Shown here piece by piece: positions 1-14,960 of a DNA stretch of 64,000 nucleotides. Under the pieces are notes generated by a model. That model made no database searches. It saw only the letters and a program-made list of their open reading frames with translations, and was not told the origin of the DNA. A program made the position numbers and the translations under genes. The stretch lies in contig NC_043005.1 in assembly GCF_006345805.1 (NCBI RefSeq), forward strand, positions 36,518,001 through 36,582,000, given 5' to 3'. The first letter of the stretch is position 1. Each line of letters opens with the position of its first letter. The stretch is from Octopus sinensis (taxonomy: Eukaryota).

Positions 1-221
1 AAAATCTGTGCTTCAATGAAGAGATCAGAATAAAACTAAAATTGTCTTGTTCGTTTATGAACAAAGGAAATATTATTGGCTATTGGCTAGTATAGATTTG
101 TCTTTATATTTATTCCTAGTTACGTTTATTTTCATGATCCCTTGAATACGTTACAACTAACTTACCAATGATGTCTATTAATTATAGGAGCAAAAGGTTT
201 AGCTAATATTCAAATAGAAGC

Positions 222-424
222 AAGGTGGTTTGCAGGCCGGGCAATATGCTTAGCGGCTTTTCGTCCGTCTTTACGTTCTGAGTTCAAATTCCGCCGGTGA
301 CGACTTTACCTTTCACTCTTTTTATCGGGGTCGATAAAATAAGTACCGGTTGAACATTGGGGTCGATGTAATCGACTCACTCCCTTCTCCGAAATTGCTG
401 GCTTTGAGGCAAAATTTGAAACCA
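222..424 (+). mobile_element. tRNA-derived SINE, family A (OR-like), monomer
   Basis: B-box-like GAGTTCAAATTCC plus GGGGTCGATAAAATAAGTACC...GGGGTCGATGTAATCGAC core shared with many copies in this window. Confidence 0.85.
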
Positions 425-1182
425 ATATCAAAAAAGAAGGAGACAAAGATACGAATATACTTAAACATTTAAATCTACCAATGTTATGTATTGCCATTTT
501 TTCAAATGTTTTCTGTATGTTATAAGCACACACCCCATCACCATGCGTCTGTAAAAGGATTCTAAAAGTTGCTGAAGTCAGCAAAATATTCTTGTAGTCA
601 CTTTAGATTAAGCATTTTATGTGGATAAAAGGGTTAAGATAATTCATAATCATATAGAGGACTCGTACTTAAAAAGAAAATCATTTATTTTAATGCTCTA
701 CCACCGACATAATAACCTCGCTGACGTAGAGAGGGAGGTTGCCCTTTCTAAAAGGTTAAGTTAGATTTCAGATTTCTGCGACAGAATGAACAATGCATTT
801 TTGCCAGGCAACTTGAAATTCCATCAATATTCATTACATGGAATTTTGATGGAATAATGATGAATATTCACTAAGAATTTCCCGTTCTGTCGAATTAAAG
901 AACGTCAACCCGTGCATAGGACACGAATATACACGCTCTGAGTTAATATCGTAATAGTCTCTGTATTCTTCATCTGGGACATGCAAGTTAATTAAAAGAT
1001 GGCTAATTATTTGATGATTATCTTATTTGCCTTCACCTGAGACAATTATTTCCATGTGATGTCCCTCTTCAATTAATTTACAAGTTCAGGAGGATTCAGC
1101 TAATCTTGGGGTGTTTGGAAATTAATTAATTACAAAGAAAGCTGGCCAGTTACAGCTTATTAGAGTATGCATAAGTTTACAC

Positions 1183-1214
1183 ATACACGCACACACACGC
1201 ACATACACAATATA

Positions 1215-1304
<90 letters not shown>

Positions 1305-1333
1305 TAGTATACATATGTGTGCATATATATATG

Positions 1334-1364
<31 letters not shown>

Positions 1365-1630
1365 GTATACATATATATTTGGATACATATGTACATATAT
1401 TTATGCATATATGTATATATGTACATATACATTTGCAAACACATATATATAAATGTATATATTCGTATACATATGTGTATATATATATATATACACATAT
1501 GTATACATATATATTTGGATACATATGTACATATATTTATGCATATATGTATATATTATATATATATAATATATATATATACACATACAGATATTCGAAT
1601 GCATTCGCATACATATTTGTATGTATATCC
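1183..1630. repeat. Compound (TA)n/(CA)n/TATG microsatellite with an internal duplicated block
   Basis: Direct reading; the block TATTTGGATACATATGTACATATATTTATGCATATATGTAT occurs at about 1376 and about 1513. Confidence 0.95.
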
Positions 1631-2188
1631 ACGTATATACATAAGTGTTCTAATCTTAATCTTTCGCAATTTCTAGATAATTTCGTTTTGTTCTAGACTA
1701 AATCTATTTTAGATTTTGCTATCAAAGTAGTTTACTCATTAAACAAGGCATTCATTTTAGTAAATAGATCTATCGTGTATTATTGGCTATATTGTATAGG
1801 TTGTTAATTAGTTTAATGCTATTTCGACTATTTGTGTGTATGGTATGTGTGTGTATGTGTGCGTGTATGTTTGTGTGTGTGTGTGTGTGTATGGTTTTGT
1901 GTGGGTACATGTATACACAACGTTTACAGGTTTGCGTACGGAGGTGAGTGTATTTCTATAGTTATATGTGCGAATGTCCTTATATATACGTTTTGGTATG
2001 CTTTTGAATATCATTAGATATAGAATTATATATATGAGACGTAGACACGACAGATCTTTAGACGCAAAGTGTATGCTATGTGTGCCCGTGTAGATGACTG
2101 TTTATTGTTGGAAGGCATGCGTACACAGGTGAATCTATTTATATAATTATAGATGCGAATACCTGTACATACACACATACATACGTAC

Positions 2189-2249
<61 letters not shown>

Positions 2250-2460
2250 TTAGTATGCGTTTGTATATCAATAGATATAGAATTATATATATATGTGTCT
2301 GTACGGGGTGGGGTTCGACACTACAGATCGTTAGATAATACGAAGCTTAGTATTTAACCAGAATTTTCTTTTGTTCATGTATGAAAGAAGATGCAAAACT
2401 GTCGTTAGGTCGATATGTGTAGTGACTGGACATTTATTCTATTAAAGAATTAGGCAATCT

Positions 2461-2850
2461 CGGATAATGACCGAAAGAATCCGGTCACAAATACAAGGGG
2501 CCAAAATGCGGTTCCTTCAGAGGATCTGTGGTGTAACGTCAAACGAGTCGGGGGCGTATATCCATGTGGAGCCACTACTTCTCCGCATTGAGAAGTCATA
2601 GCTCCGGTACTACGAATAAGTAGTAACAAGAAAGAATCGCAAGACGGATTCTTCAAGCCTTGCCAATAAGCAGGAGACTTAGGGATAGACTAAGAATGAT
2701 ATGATTGGATAATATCCACAGTCTCAGTTGGTCCTGCTTGGGAATAAATATATCGGGATTGCGTAATGGCAGTGGATTCTGATAGAACCCTGAGTACTCT
2801 CCCTCCACCCCACGGCACTCCCAGGGACTGTGGACAGATAAAATGGATGC
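2461..2850 (+). mobile_element. RTE-clade (Rex3/Expander-like) LINE, decayed 3' end
   Basis: Frame from 2464 reads IMTERIRSQIQGAKMRFLQRICGV...HVEPLLLRIEKS*LRYY, matching the RTE ORF C-terminus as I recall it (VMTER.RS..QAAEM.FLRR...VEPLLLRIE.SQLRW); ends GATAAAATGGATG. Confidence 0.8.
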
Positions 2851-3511
2851 TGAGGGTGAATTGTACCAGTTGAGGGATGTTTTTGAGGTATCTATGTAAG
2901 GAGACATACGAAAATGAAAAACATCTGTATTTTACAAGTGGTCTCATTTGTACTGGGCGAAATTGTCGAGTAAGAGGTGTAAACGAATCTTGAGGATATA
3001 AAGGATGCGAGAGAAAGCTTCTGTCTTTTACGGCTATTGATGCAGCAATTAAAGTTAGACAAGGGTTAATGGTGTCTTCATTTAGTTAATGTTTTATCGT
3101 TCGTTTTAGCTATCATCGTTTGAACCGGTGCAGACTGTTCGTTTGCTGTTGAAACTTATATCAAGAACTGTGAACCGGGGAAGTTATTTTTGTCGCACTT
3201 TCTGTCAGAGAGGATAGCGCGACACTAGAGCTATCTGACAATGCCTTTATGTCTATAAAATAAGAGTAAGATGAAATCCACAGGCAAGCTTTTTTACAAA
3301 AACGTTCTGATAAATGTAACTTTGTTCTCAAGGATGGGGAACAATAATACGTGATATACCTACTTTATCTTTCAATGGTTCTTCATCTAATCTTTTGATT
3401 TATCTAGGTCTATTCTCTGTTTTGTTTCACTGATAGTATTTTACAACAAAGACTGGAAAGTTTGGTATATTTTTAATTCCGTGTTACACGTGTTTCATTA
3501 CAGTAATTTTG

Positions 3512-3772
<261 letters not shown>

Positions 3773-3989
3773 GGCACAAACGAACGAACGAACCCCAAAG
3801 AACCAATATAACCCCAGTTCAGAATGATAACACCAAGACTTATATAACTTAAGAAAACCGGACAGAAATAACCCCAATAAAACTGACATGAACAATAATA
3901 AAAATTAAAATAACCATAGAAAGGAATATAATAATCATAACAGTAACTACACTCTACACGAATACTGAGGACAGCTTCTACACCAAAAA

Positions 3990-4680
3990 TAATAATATTA
4001 AAAATAAACGAAATAGCGATAAGATCTGGTTAATAATCCCTTTCGTGATGCAGCTTAAATCTAACATAGTTCACTCTATAATGAGACTTATAGATAAGCA
4101 CTTGAACTTAAATAACAAATATTCAGGAATCTTTAAGAATACAATTAGAGTAGCCCATAGCCTAACTAGTAACCTAGCTACCATCATAGCCTCGATCAAC
4201 AATAATAAGCTAAACGCCCTCTACGAAACTAGGAAAAATAGCAACATAAAACATAACAGCGAACAGGTATATAGAATAAATCTCATCCCTAATAGCTCGC
4301 CCTCAAACAACACGGACAACGACCTGATAAGTAATAACGCCCCCCCCCCCAACAACAACACAAGCACAGATAAACTGAATAATTTATGTGGCTGCAGAGA
4401 CAGAAATAAGTATCAAATCTCCACTAGGTGTTAAACAGAAAACGTAACATACCAATGCGGTGTACTCGCAAATAACCATACGAAATCTTATATAGGAGGC
4501 ACGAAAAAAGAAACGATACTTAGATATAATTCCCACCAATCTACCTTTAGAAATAGAAGTAAAGCAAACTCTACAGGACTTAGTAGCTACATTTGTGAAT
4601 TAAAAGACAAACTAATAAACTATAGTTTAGAATGGCGTATCCTAGCAAACATTTCGCCCTATTGCATTAACAGCCTATAA
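3990..4680 (+). mobile_element. Penelope-like element remnant: RT C-terminal linker and GIY-YIG endonuclease
   Basis: ORF 4045-4434 continues past one stop in the same frame: LCGCRDRNKYQISTRC*TENVTYQC...KSYIGGTKKETILRYNSHQSTFRNRSKANSTGLSSYICELKDKLINYSLEWRILA. This has the CxC motif, (V/I)xY...YIG, RY..H..SF and STxLS.YIxELK pattern of PLE endonucleases. Confidence 0.88.
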
Positions 4681-5393
4681 GCTAGTGACACATAGGTCCT
4701 ATTAACCACACCGGATATCCCTAATAGGGGTAACTCCCTCAGAATACATGAGCGGTCAACTAGCTGAACAGGCAGACACATGGAAGTCATCCTAATAACT
4801 AACTACGAGATCTTAGATTCAACCAACCTCTATCCTTTATCTACCTCACAATGGATTTAATGAACTTTGAACCTAACTAAAATGTAAGACTTTCAAATCA
4901 TTGAACAGTTTCTGTTCCGGTTTCTCTCTCTCTATCTTTCGCTCTATTCTCCTCTTTATCTACTTCTGCCTTCTTCGTTCTGATGACGTCTACCATTTGC
5001 AACGAGGTAAATACATATTTACCTCAACCTGGTACACAGAAGCAGCTGTAAACTCACTTTTACCCTCACCTTGCTTAACTAATTAAATAATGGGTTTTTA
5101 GCACCAAAGACACACTTCTTTTAGTTTTTCTTCTCCATTTTCTTATTGTCTATATATACTATAAACTATTGTTTACCTTTTAAATTACCTGCTGCCGTAT
5201 ACCTTATACCAAGCACCATATTTACCGAGATAATTATCAGGAGTACCTTTGAATACATCTATCCCTTAAAGGGTTTAAACACCTCTAACTTATATATATA
5301 GGTAGAGTGAGAGAGAATGAAAGAGGTAATAACATGTTAGTATTCGACATTTGTTAGATTTCCAAGTTGTAGACAAGTAGATGGAATGGTCGA

Positions 5394-5459
<66 letters not shown>

Positions 5460-8400
5460 AAGGGGAGAGATTCTCCTATCACTTTTATTATATCCTTTTT
5501 AGCGAATCGAACTCACTGTATAGTTTTTCGAAATAATGAGACAAATTCTTGTAGCAAGAAATTAATTAGGGATGTTAATCAAGTTCTATGGCGCCTTTTG
5601 AAGGTAATGAAACGGATGCATATATGTAAAAAATAATATTTATAGGTAAATTCAGTAAATAACCATATTTACTTTGTGTGATGCAAGTGGCAAAATTTTT
5701 ATGAATTGTGGCAACTCCTCTCTAGCTACCTCGGAAGATGATAAATTATGATGTACATAGTAGTGGATAAGCCAGAATGTTGTATACATACATAATACAT
5801 ATATTTATGTATGTTTATACACTCACACTAACACACACACACACACACACATACATTGTAGAATTGGTTGTAAATACCTTTCAAGAAGACCCATGTTCCT
5901 TATTATGACAAATATCTAAAGAGTAAATCGAGAGATAGAGAGAGGAAGCGAGCAAGAGGGTGAGAAAGAGAGAGTGAGAGGTGGGAGAGATCAGTTTGCA
6001 TGCATGTGTGGATATATTCCATATTAATGTGATAATATATTTGTTTTAGGTTTCAGTAAACACGATCTGAATTGCATGTTTAAGTTAACTTAAATGTGAA
6101 CACACCAATTTGAAGTTTATCTCTTTTCTGGTTTTGAGAAGTGAATCATACAGATAACCAATTATTATAGTTTCGTGTCTATATCATATTTCTTTATATT
6201 TCTAAGCCATCTTACATATTCTTTGTATTGTTTACTCAAACCATTCCTGCAACGTGGAAGAGTTCAGTAATTGGCAAAACCAGCAGGTGATCCATACTTT
6301 GGACAGTTCCATAGTAACAGCAAGTGGATTCCACATTATTTCCTTGTTTCACTTAAGTTTCTTTGGTTAGAGTAAACACAACATTTAGACAACGATTATC
6401 AATGAGCTTGCGCATTAACAAGGCATATGTTAACCCCTGAATGCAGCACGCTTGTTTAGAATATGCTTATACTCAAAGGGTTTCCATGACCTGATCTCTC
6501 AGATATTTTAAGTAAGAAAGAACATAGTAGCTATTCTACTCTTATTTCAGATTTGGATAGTTCGTTCATGACATACCTAAGCAGAACCGACATTGCATTA
6601 AACTTAAAGCAGCAAATAGTAAAGATGAGTTGGAACAAAGTTTTACGACTTTAAGACAAAAAAAAGCAACATTAATTTCTGAGTAGTCATGTTTTGGTAA
6701 AAAACTGGTGTCTCAAGGGGAAGGTGTTCCATGATGTGTTTCCATCAATCAATCTGTTTCTGAATTTACAAAATACACACAGGCACACACATCCACCCAC
6801 ACACACACACTCAGGTGAATGTTTTGACACACAGAAGGATGATGATTACTATCATAGAATATGTATATATATATATATATTTCTATATACATTTTCTCTG
6901 AGACAAAATAATACAACCAGTACAGTTCCATGTTTTGTATATACATAAATGCTATATAACACTGTATTTGAGTATACCTGCAAGCGTGTAGAAGATGCCG
7001 AATACAGATATATTCATATGGGATATCAAATCAAACCGTCACAGGTTTTGTTAGATAAATAACTGGCTGTATATATTTTAAAAACCAATGTAATGTCGAA
7101 GCGTTTATGATTTATAACCCCACAATCTGTCAGAAATGGAAGAGTGTGGAATATATTTCTTATGGTAGTGAAAGATGGTGAGAACGACTTTTGTAAACTG
7201 AATTTTCGGTCGTGCACATGGCCATCTTTAGAGGTAAATATTTTGTTTTTTAGTCTCCCGTCTGGCCGGGAATGGTGGTTGAAGAAGACCGATGGAAGGA
7301 TTATTGATTACTGTGGTTATTTATGTATGATCTTGAGAAAAACACAAAAGTTCACAGTAGACCCTAATGTGCCTAATACATACATACATATGATTATTGA
7401 TATCATAGAAAAACATACTTAAAAGTGTGTCAGAACAACTATACTTAGCTATCAGTGTACTGAAAAGTAGTGGGTTTACAATGGTTTGACATTTTAAGGT
7501 GACTAGATGACCTTGTTGTATCGCATGATTCAGGCTAGTTTTCCTTTAACTTCACAAAAAAAAAAAAAAAGAAATGAAAACATTGCTAATAAACGATCGA
7601 GGGATTTCACGGAAATGGCTGATATCTAACAAGCTATCCTGCTGTATACCATAATCTAGTTTACGGTGTAATTTTTTCTAGAAGCGTAGAGTATGTTTTC
7701 CCCCGTAAGTTTTACCTCGTGGATATTGTTCTCCAAACGTTGACGCACGAAATCAGCTGCCTCAATTTCACCGCTAGTTTGAAAACATCTGTAAAGATCA
7801 TACACAGGCATTAATACTCATCCTCTGAAGAATTTATGAACAAGATTGAATAAATGTAATAACGTTAGAACTGTTGTAAAATGTTTCTTTTATATTGAAA
7901 ACAATGATAATCGCTGATCAATCCAATTTGACACAAGTTGGTCTTCAGTAACTAATAAACAATCTTTAAACCTAATTCACTTTACAAAGAATATCTACAA
8001 AATTCATACAGAATAACTTTCTCATCATATACGCCAGGCTCTCTCCCCTTTTAAGCATGGATGCATGTTGAATACGGTTAGCTTGTGCTGGAGATTTTCA
8101 TGTTACCATGAACATTTACAACCGGCTTAAGATATAGACAATTAGTAGGTCTCCTTACAAACTATTCTGGAGCATTTGATTGATGACAATAGCGCGGGCT
8201 ATACAGGTGGGATGGCGTTATGACATCGGGTAGCACGAACGAACATAACATTGACAATTTCAGAAAGCAGATAAAAACCATACAGAACAGAAATCGTCTT
8301 CAGGTTCTCAGCTGAAGTGAACTGCTCTGTAAATTTTCCTCAAAACGCAAGCCATTCAGTTGTGATATTAAACAGTATGTCGAGCTTGCGTAGGATCACT

Positions 8401-9284
8401 AACAGTTGAAATGCTAAAGTATTTCAAACGTCTGTAGTTCTGTCTTTAGAAATAAAGACATCTTGAAAATGTATTACCTGGAGACAAGGAGGAGATAATA
8501 CAGATATTACATGAGTACTTCTAGACAGAACACCACCTACAAACTTGTCAGGTGACTTTACAGACAAATACAATAACAAGAACAAAAGAAAAGCTGATCA
8601 TTAAGGAAACGAAACAACCCCAATTTTAAGAAATAATCTGAACAAATTTCCCCCAGTTGTCACAAACCCCAAAATCTGATAAATTCTAAAAGAAAACCTA
8701 TTGATGCATGCGATATCATGACTGACGTCATAGCATATGTAAGCTACTTATAAGTTTTCTTACGGTCTTTATCATAATAATGATAATTGCATTGATGAAG
8801 GATGTGATGTTGATGATAACAGTGATTGTAAGGATGCTGGCAATGTTGAGGAAGTGAAATTAATGAAAATGTTATAATGATAATAATGATTAGCGTAAAG
8901 ATGGCGATAATGATTGATTTGACAAAAAAAACACAAAATACAAAATAACAATTGTTTTGCTAGTGTTGTACGTCTTCACGTGGCCACACAACCGAGACTA
9001 AATTGAAATTGTTTATTGCTCATGTCTTGCTTAATTGCAGCTTGTGAAGAATGGCTTCGCTGGATTTAGTTATTTCATTAAAATATTTTTCATATTTTAT
9101 CACTTGTCTTCAACTGAACTAAATGGTGTCTTTCTGAATTAATTAGTGAACGGAGAAAAATGAATTAAATGTATGCATAAATTATTTCTTGATGCGGAGA
9201 TGTATATCGGTTTGTGTGAATATATGCATCTGCGAGTGACATGTATGTACATCTCCCTCTCTTACTCTCTCTCTCTCTCAAATA

Positions 9285-9363
<79 letters not shown>

Positions 9364-11599
9364 ATGAATGTGTGCGTGTATGTGTGTACATAAGTATGTC
9401 TGTTCGCAAATGTTGACTGACGATCACACGATCATAAAGATTTAAGTATCAATGGTATTTGTCCAAATTAGCTCACCCTCTGGTGCCAAAGATATTGATA
9501 TCTTGAAAATCATCAGGATACTATTAATGTGTATAGCTCTGATATATACATTCATCTCTCATGCATGAAATTAAATTTCAAATGTACAATTCTAAATTTT
9601 AAAATGAAGCGCATTCGATGTAACATTAGCAATCCAAGTTGTAATTGCAATGTGGAATAGCAATGAAGTCAAATAGATTGTATGTGTATGTGTGTGAGCA
9701 TATATATATATATATATATATATGTGAGTGTATGTGTGTGCGTGTGTGTAACTGTGTGTTTGTTTTCTGTGTATATACATCTATATATGCCCATGTATGT
9801 ACATTTGTGAAGCATATATATACATTGTACATGCACTTATATAAACATGTGTATGTGTGTGTGTGTGTGTATGTGTGTGTATGGACACATAGACACGCAT
9901 ACACGTACACACTGACACACGCATGCACGCACACAGAATCACGCACACGTACACACGCATACAGAAACACACACACACACACACACATGTTTATATATAT
10001 ATTGCAATCAAATATATTTCTGATATCAAGATAATTAAAAAGCAGTGTTGTATGTTTTCAACACCGAGTAACGACTTCATCTATAGTTAGAAACATTTTA
10101 AGAATATTTTTTTTTTATAGTTCACATTAATCATTACAATATAGTGTTCTGATATATTAATTCGCGTTGGTTTGTTAAATTTTGACACATTTGTAAATCT
10201 CCTTGGCATTTCACTTAAACTTTTTTGTCTTGTTCCATCCTTAGTTTTCAATCTTTGGTCTCCAGCACTAATATATATAAACCTCTAGTTTTATGAATTT
10301 AGTATTTATTCTCGTGTAGGTATAAAACTGAAATGTCTGTTTTATCCGTTTTCCGTTTCTATGGTAACAGTGAATATGCATTACGTAGGAACAAGGAGAG
10401 GGCAGGCTCGAGTCAGAAGAAAACAAGAAACGATATTGGAAAATCCAGAAAAAAAAATAAAAGAAAGGAAAATATTTTGAAATATTTCGTTTCTTCTTGA
10501 TAGATTTTTGCAGTAAGAATTTCCTTTTAGACATGTCTGAGGATCCCGAGAATACCAAGCGTGTGTTGCTAGCGTGCTTATACCTACCTACCTACCTACC
10601 TACCTATATTCATACATAAATGTGTGTGTGTGTGTGTGTAGGAGTTGCACGTGTTTGGCAACTGACTTGATCACAGTGCGTGACTTGAAACAGAAGCTGC
10701 TCACTCGTAAAAGAACGTTGGTGTCATAGTATTATTACTATTACAGATTTAAGCAAAAGTGAATTTACAAATATCTGTGTGTGTTTTAAATGGCTATAAT
10801 GACTCTCCAAAGATGTCATTCTTGTCTACATGTTTGTTTTAGCAAGTAATTAATGGAGGTACGTTATCTCCGTTAATTACATACACACACACGTGCACGC
10901 ACACGCACACACACACACACGCACACACACACACTCGTACTCACAGAAAATAGCTCAAAGGAGTCTGTGACTTGAATTTGGATCAGAAATTCAAGTGAGT
11001 TGTGCTGTATTGAATGCTGTACAGAGTTAAGTTTAATTTATTAACATTACTAACCCTAACAGCAGTTGTTATCAACACGGAGGAAAATGCGTTATTCATA
11101 CCCTCATAAACGCTTGCATAGATATACAATGGGGCTTAATTTGGGGCTAGACTTGTGATCTTTAGTGGTCATGATAAATTTCCATGAAGATGCAGATCCT
11201 AAATCGTTATATACTGCAGCGTAATGACGCTACGCTTACTACCTTTTTGGACTCAACCATAACGGTTACGATCAGTCTAGATTCGACATCTATACCAATG
11301 TTTCTAGTTGTACTTGTTTTGTTAAGTCTCCCTCATGTGTTATAACAGTAACCTGTAGAAAGCACCGTTCATGTTCGTCTCGTCTTAGTTTTAAGAAAAT
11401 GATACGCACTTTCATATTCCTTGTTCCAGAGTTATGGAGCAATTCTTGCGTCCAACGTAGGCCAAGCTTTAATCCAACAGTTTTTGTGATGATGTATGAA
11501 AACCCCTTCGTATTTTGAAGAAATTTAAATCTTCTACGCACTCCTTTGCTTTTTCCTCGATTAATTCATCGAGTAAGAAAGCACTGTCTTAGAATAGCG

Positions 11600-11705
11600 T
11601 TCGGGTAACATGTCTGTGGAATATTCAGCCACCTACGCGTTAATTCAGAAGCAGTTAACTCTGTTGATCGAAGAAACGAATCGTCATCGTTAAGCAACGG
11701 AGATC
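11600..11705 (+). mobile_element. Old fragment of SINE family C
   Basis: CATGTCTGTGGAATATTCAGCCACCTACGCGTTAATT matches the body of the copies at about 54150 and 62340. Confidence 0.6.
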
Positions 11706-11834
11706 CATTGCAAAGGCAATACGCACGCTCAAACATATATATGCATAAAATTTGTATGTGTATATTCGTAGACATGTGTGTATAGGTATGATTATTTATA
11801 TACATTATATGTCTATTCTCTCTCTCTCTCTATG

Positions 11835-11877
<43 letters not shown>

Positions 11878-13074
11878 CTATACACACATACATACAATAT
11901 TCACTCGTGCATTGGTCGTACTATTTTGTACTTGATTTTAACTGAAAAAACCTGGTGGGCGGTAACTAATGAACAGAGCACTGCTAAAAACTATGACAGA
12001 AAATTATTTTGTGCGAAAATTTAACACTAAATTAAGGAAGCTACTTTTACTCGATACATACACACATACGTATATATGTGTGTGTTTGTGTGTGTTTGTG
12101 TGCGTGCACGTGTGTGTGTAGTAACACACTTGTGCATATACATGCACCTATAGACAATCATACAAACACGGCCAATCAATGGCGCAGCATGACAACCAAA
12201 ACCAAAACAAAGACGAAAAAGAACACTAGATAAGAAAATCCAGTGCTATCGTTAGAGAAAGGAATGCGGGAATCCAAGTAATGAGGTAAAACGGAATGGA
12301 GAATTGCAACAATATACAAAACGATATTGACTGTTCCAAAATCATTCCAATAATCTCAGTGTTCTAATATTATTGATAGTTTATCGTCAAATAGATATCT
12401 GAAATATTTCGTCATTTTTAGCTTTTATTTATGGGTTCATATTTTATTGCATTTTCCTAAATACACTCACATAAAAACACGTGCATACATACCATACACA
12501 CGTGCGTACACACACAAACATGTTCATATACGTGGAAAGTTTTTTTGTAATATGTGCATGTAGAAGCTATCTTATATGTGTATCTATATATAACCCCTAC
12601 ACACACACATGTAAGTAGGAAACGTGTATCAACAAATAAATACTAGAAAAATGATATAGTTAGTTTTATTAAAAATTTATAGGTTAGAAAAAATGAAAGA
12701 TAAACAAAAGTAATTATGTGTAAAGTAACTTTTACCTTATGAAAATAGGAGTCGAAATTGTGCGGGTTTTGCAAGGGAGGTAACTTGAAAATGTAAAGAA
12801 AATATCTCAGAAGTCTTCAGTCATGTAAGGTGATGAAAAGTGTCATAAAATGCTTGTTTCTGATATGAGTGACTTTTAAAAATGTCAAAGAAATTATGTT
12901 ACGCGTTGAGAAGTTAGACACCAGATATTTCACGGCGTATTTGCAAGCATTCAAAGCTTCTCCTGTTATATTTAGTCCCTTAAAATGATTCAATTTAATA
13001 ATATTGCATAATTATTCAATATAATAATAAGACATGATCATAATTTGAAAATAATATCAAGATATGTCAGAAAT

Positions 13075-13270
13075 GCTAGCACACCGGGCGAAATGCTTAG
13101 CAGTATTTCATTTGACTTTACGTTCTGGGTTCAAATTCCGCCGAAGTCGACTTTGCTTTTCGTACTTTCGTGGTCGATATATTAAGTACCAGTTGCGTAC
13201 TGGTGTCGATCTAATCAACTAGTCCGCTCCCCCAAAATTTCGAACCTTGTGCCTAGAGTAGAATTGAATA
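13075..13270 (+). mobile_element. SINE family A monomer (terminal tail B)
   Basis: Head CCGGGCGAAATGCTTAGC, GGGTTCAAATTCC, core, tail CCCCCAAAATTTC...CCTTGTGCCTAGAGTAGAA. Confidence 0.9.
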
Positions 13271-13857
13271 TCAAGATATGTTTATCAACATTAGAAAATA
13301 TGATTCGAAATAAATATTAGAATATTAGGCGGGCGATTAGAATATGATTTTTATAGTCTCCTGTTGATTTTTCCTTAAGAGCGGATTTTATTCGTATTTA
13401 AGTTTAAATTCATATCCATATAAGTAAGATTAGTGAGTCTTAAAAGCAATTCTGTGTTATTTTTATCTCAGCATCTCATCGCTCATTTCAATTCCGCAAA
13501 ATATTTCGGTAGATCACCAAAACAGACACGGAATGTTGCACTTTCGAATGTTGTCGCCTCATGATGGGTGGCTTGATCAGTTCGGGAAAATCCGTGCAAA
13601 CCGGTGAAGCAATTTGATTATTAAAAAAATATCTCGAAAAATTGTTTATGTCTAAAGGTTAATGTAGACATATTTATTAATGAAGATAATCTCTTAACTA
13701 TTTTTAGCTACCACTGTTGGCGCAAGGGTAGTAACAAGTTTCCCTTTCTTTGAACCTCCATTTAAACCAAAAAATTCTCATGCATAATCCCTATAATATA
13801 TCTCTTGATAATTCTAAATAATTACTCTGTGTATTCTAATATTAAAAATATTCTTTT

Positions 13858-14070
13858 TAGACGGCAAGCTGGCAGAGACGTTACTGTGCCGGCAAAATAT
13901 TTAGCGGCATTTTGCCCGTCTTTACATTCAGATATCAAATACCATTGGGGCTGACTGCTTTTCATCCTTTCGTGGCCGATAAAATAAGTACCACTTAAAC
14001 ACTGGGGTCAATGTAATTCACGTACTCCCTTCTCCGTAAATTCCTGGCTTTTACCAAAAATTGAAACTAA
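13858..14070 (+). mobile_element. SINE family A monomer, diverged
   Basis: GGCAAGCTGGCAGAGACGTTA head and degenerate core. Confidence 0.8.
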
Positions 14071-14385
14071 TGTTAATTATAATTTTACCATTATTTTCTT
14101 TCATGTTTCTTTTTCTCTTAAACTTTTTTCTGGATGTATTTGCTTTGACTTCTACATCTTAAACATGTCTTGATATTCATTAATTTCACCTTTGCACCCT
14201 TTTTTCTCTATTTTCATTCTAATTACTTTCATTTTTTATCCCCCTCTGTTTCATCTCTTTATTCTTTCTTCCGTCTTCTTTCTCTCTTCAGCCAATCTAG
14301 TCTCTTAATAAGTACGTCTGTATGGTTCAAACCTTTTAATGCAAAAATATGCATCGTTCGTCTTAATATTCTTTTCTTCTCTAGA

Positions 14386-14960
14386 CACAAGGCCCGAATT
14401 TTTTGGAGTGGAGGCCAGTCGATTAGATCGACCCCAGTACGCAACTGGTACTTAATTTATCGACCCCGAAAGGATGTAAAGCAGAGTCAACCTCGGCGGA
14501 ATTTGAACTCAGAACATAAAGACAGATGAAATACCGATTTCTATTTCTTTACTACCCACAAGGGGCTAGACACAGAGAGGACAAACACGGACAGACAAAC
14601 GGATTAAGTTGATTATATCGACCCCAGTGTGTAACTGGCACTTAATATATCGACGCCGAAAGGATGAAAAGCAAAGTCGACCTCGGTGGAATTTGAACTC
14701 AGAACGTCACGGCAGACGAAATACCTATTTCTTTACTACCCACAAGGGGCTAAACACAGAGGGGACAAACAAAGACAGACAAACGGATTAAGTCGATTAT
14801 ATCGAGCCCAGTCCGTAACTGGTGCTTAATTTATCGACCCCGAAAGGATGAAAGGCAAAGTCGACCTCGGCGGAATTTGAACTCAGAACGTAACGGAAGC
14901 CGAAATACTGCTAAGCATTCCGGCCGGCGTGCTAACGTTTCTGCCAGCTCGCCGCCTTAT
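14386..14960 (-). mobile_element. SINE family A head-to-tail trimer
   Basis: Three copies of TCGACCTCGGCGGAATTTGAACTCAGAAC-like sequence; complete head only at 14960; two tail-A units, then one tail-B unit. Confidence 0.92.

Noticed and set aside
4970-5030. CTGATGA downstream of the Penelope remnant as a hammerhead
   Set aside because: No GAAA (GTAAA instead), no clean stem II and no stem I pairing; at most a dead relic
7640-8640. Possible decayed Penelope RT/endonuclease fragments
   Set aside because: Only short, weak motif resemblances, on conflicting strands
11240-11540. Possible mariner N-terminal remnant on the minus strand
   Set aside because: Resemblance (CFLQVTVITHE versus FL.RIVTGDE) too weak without a profile search
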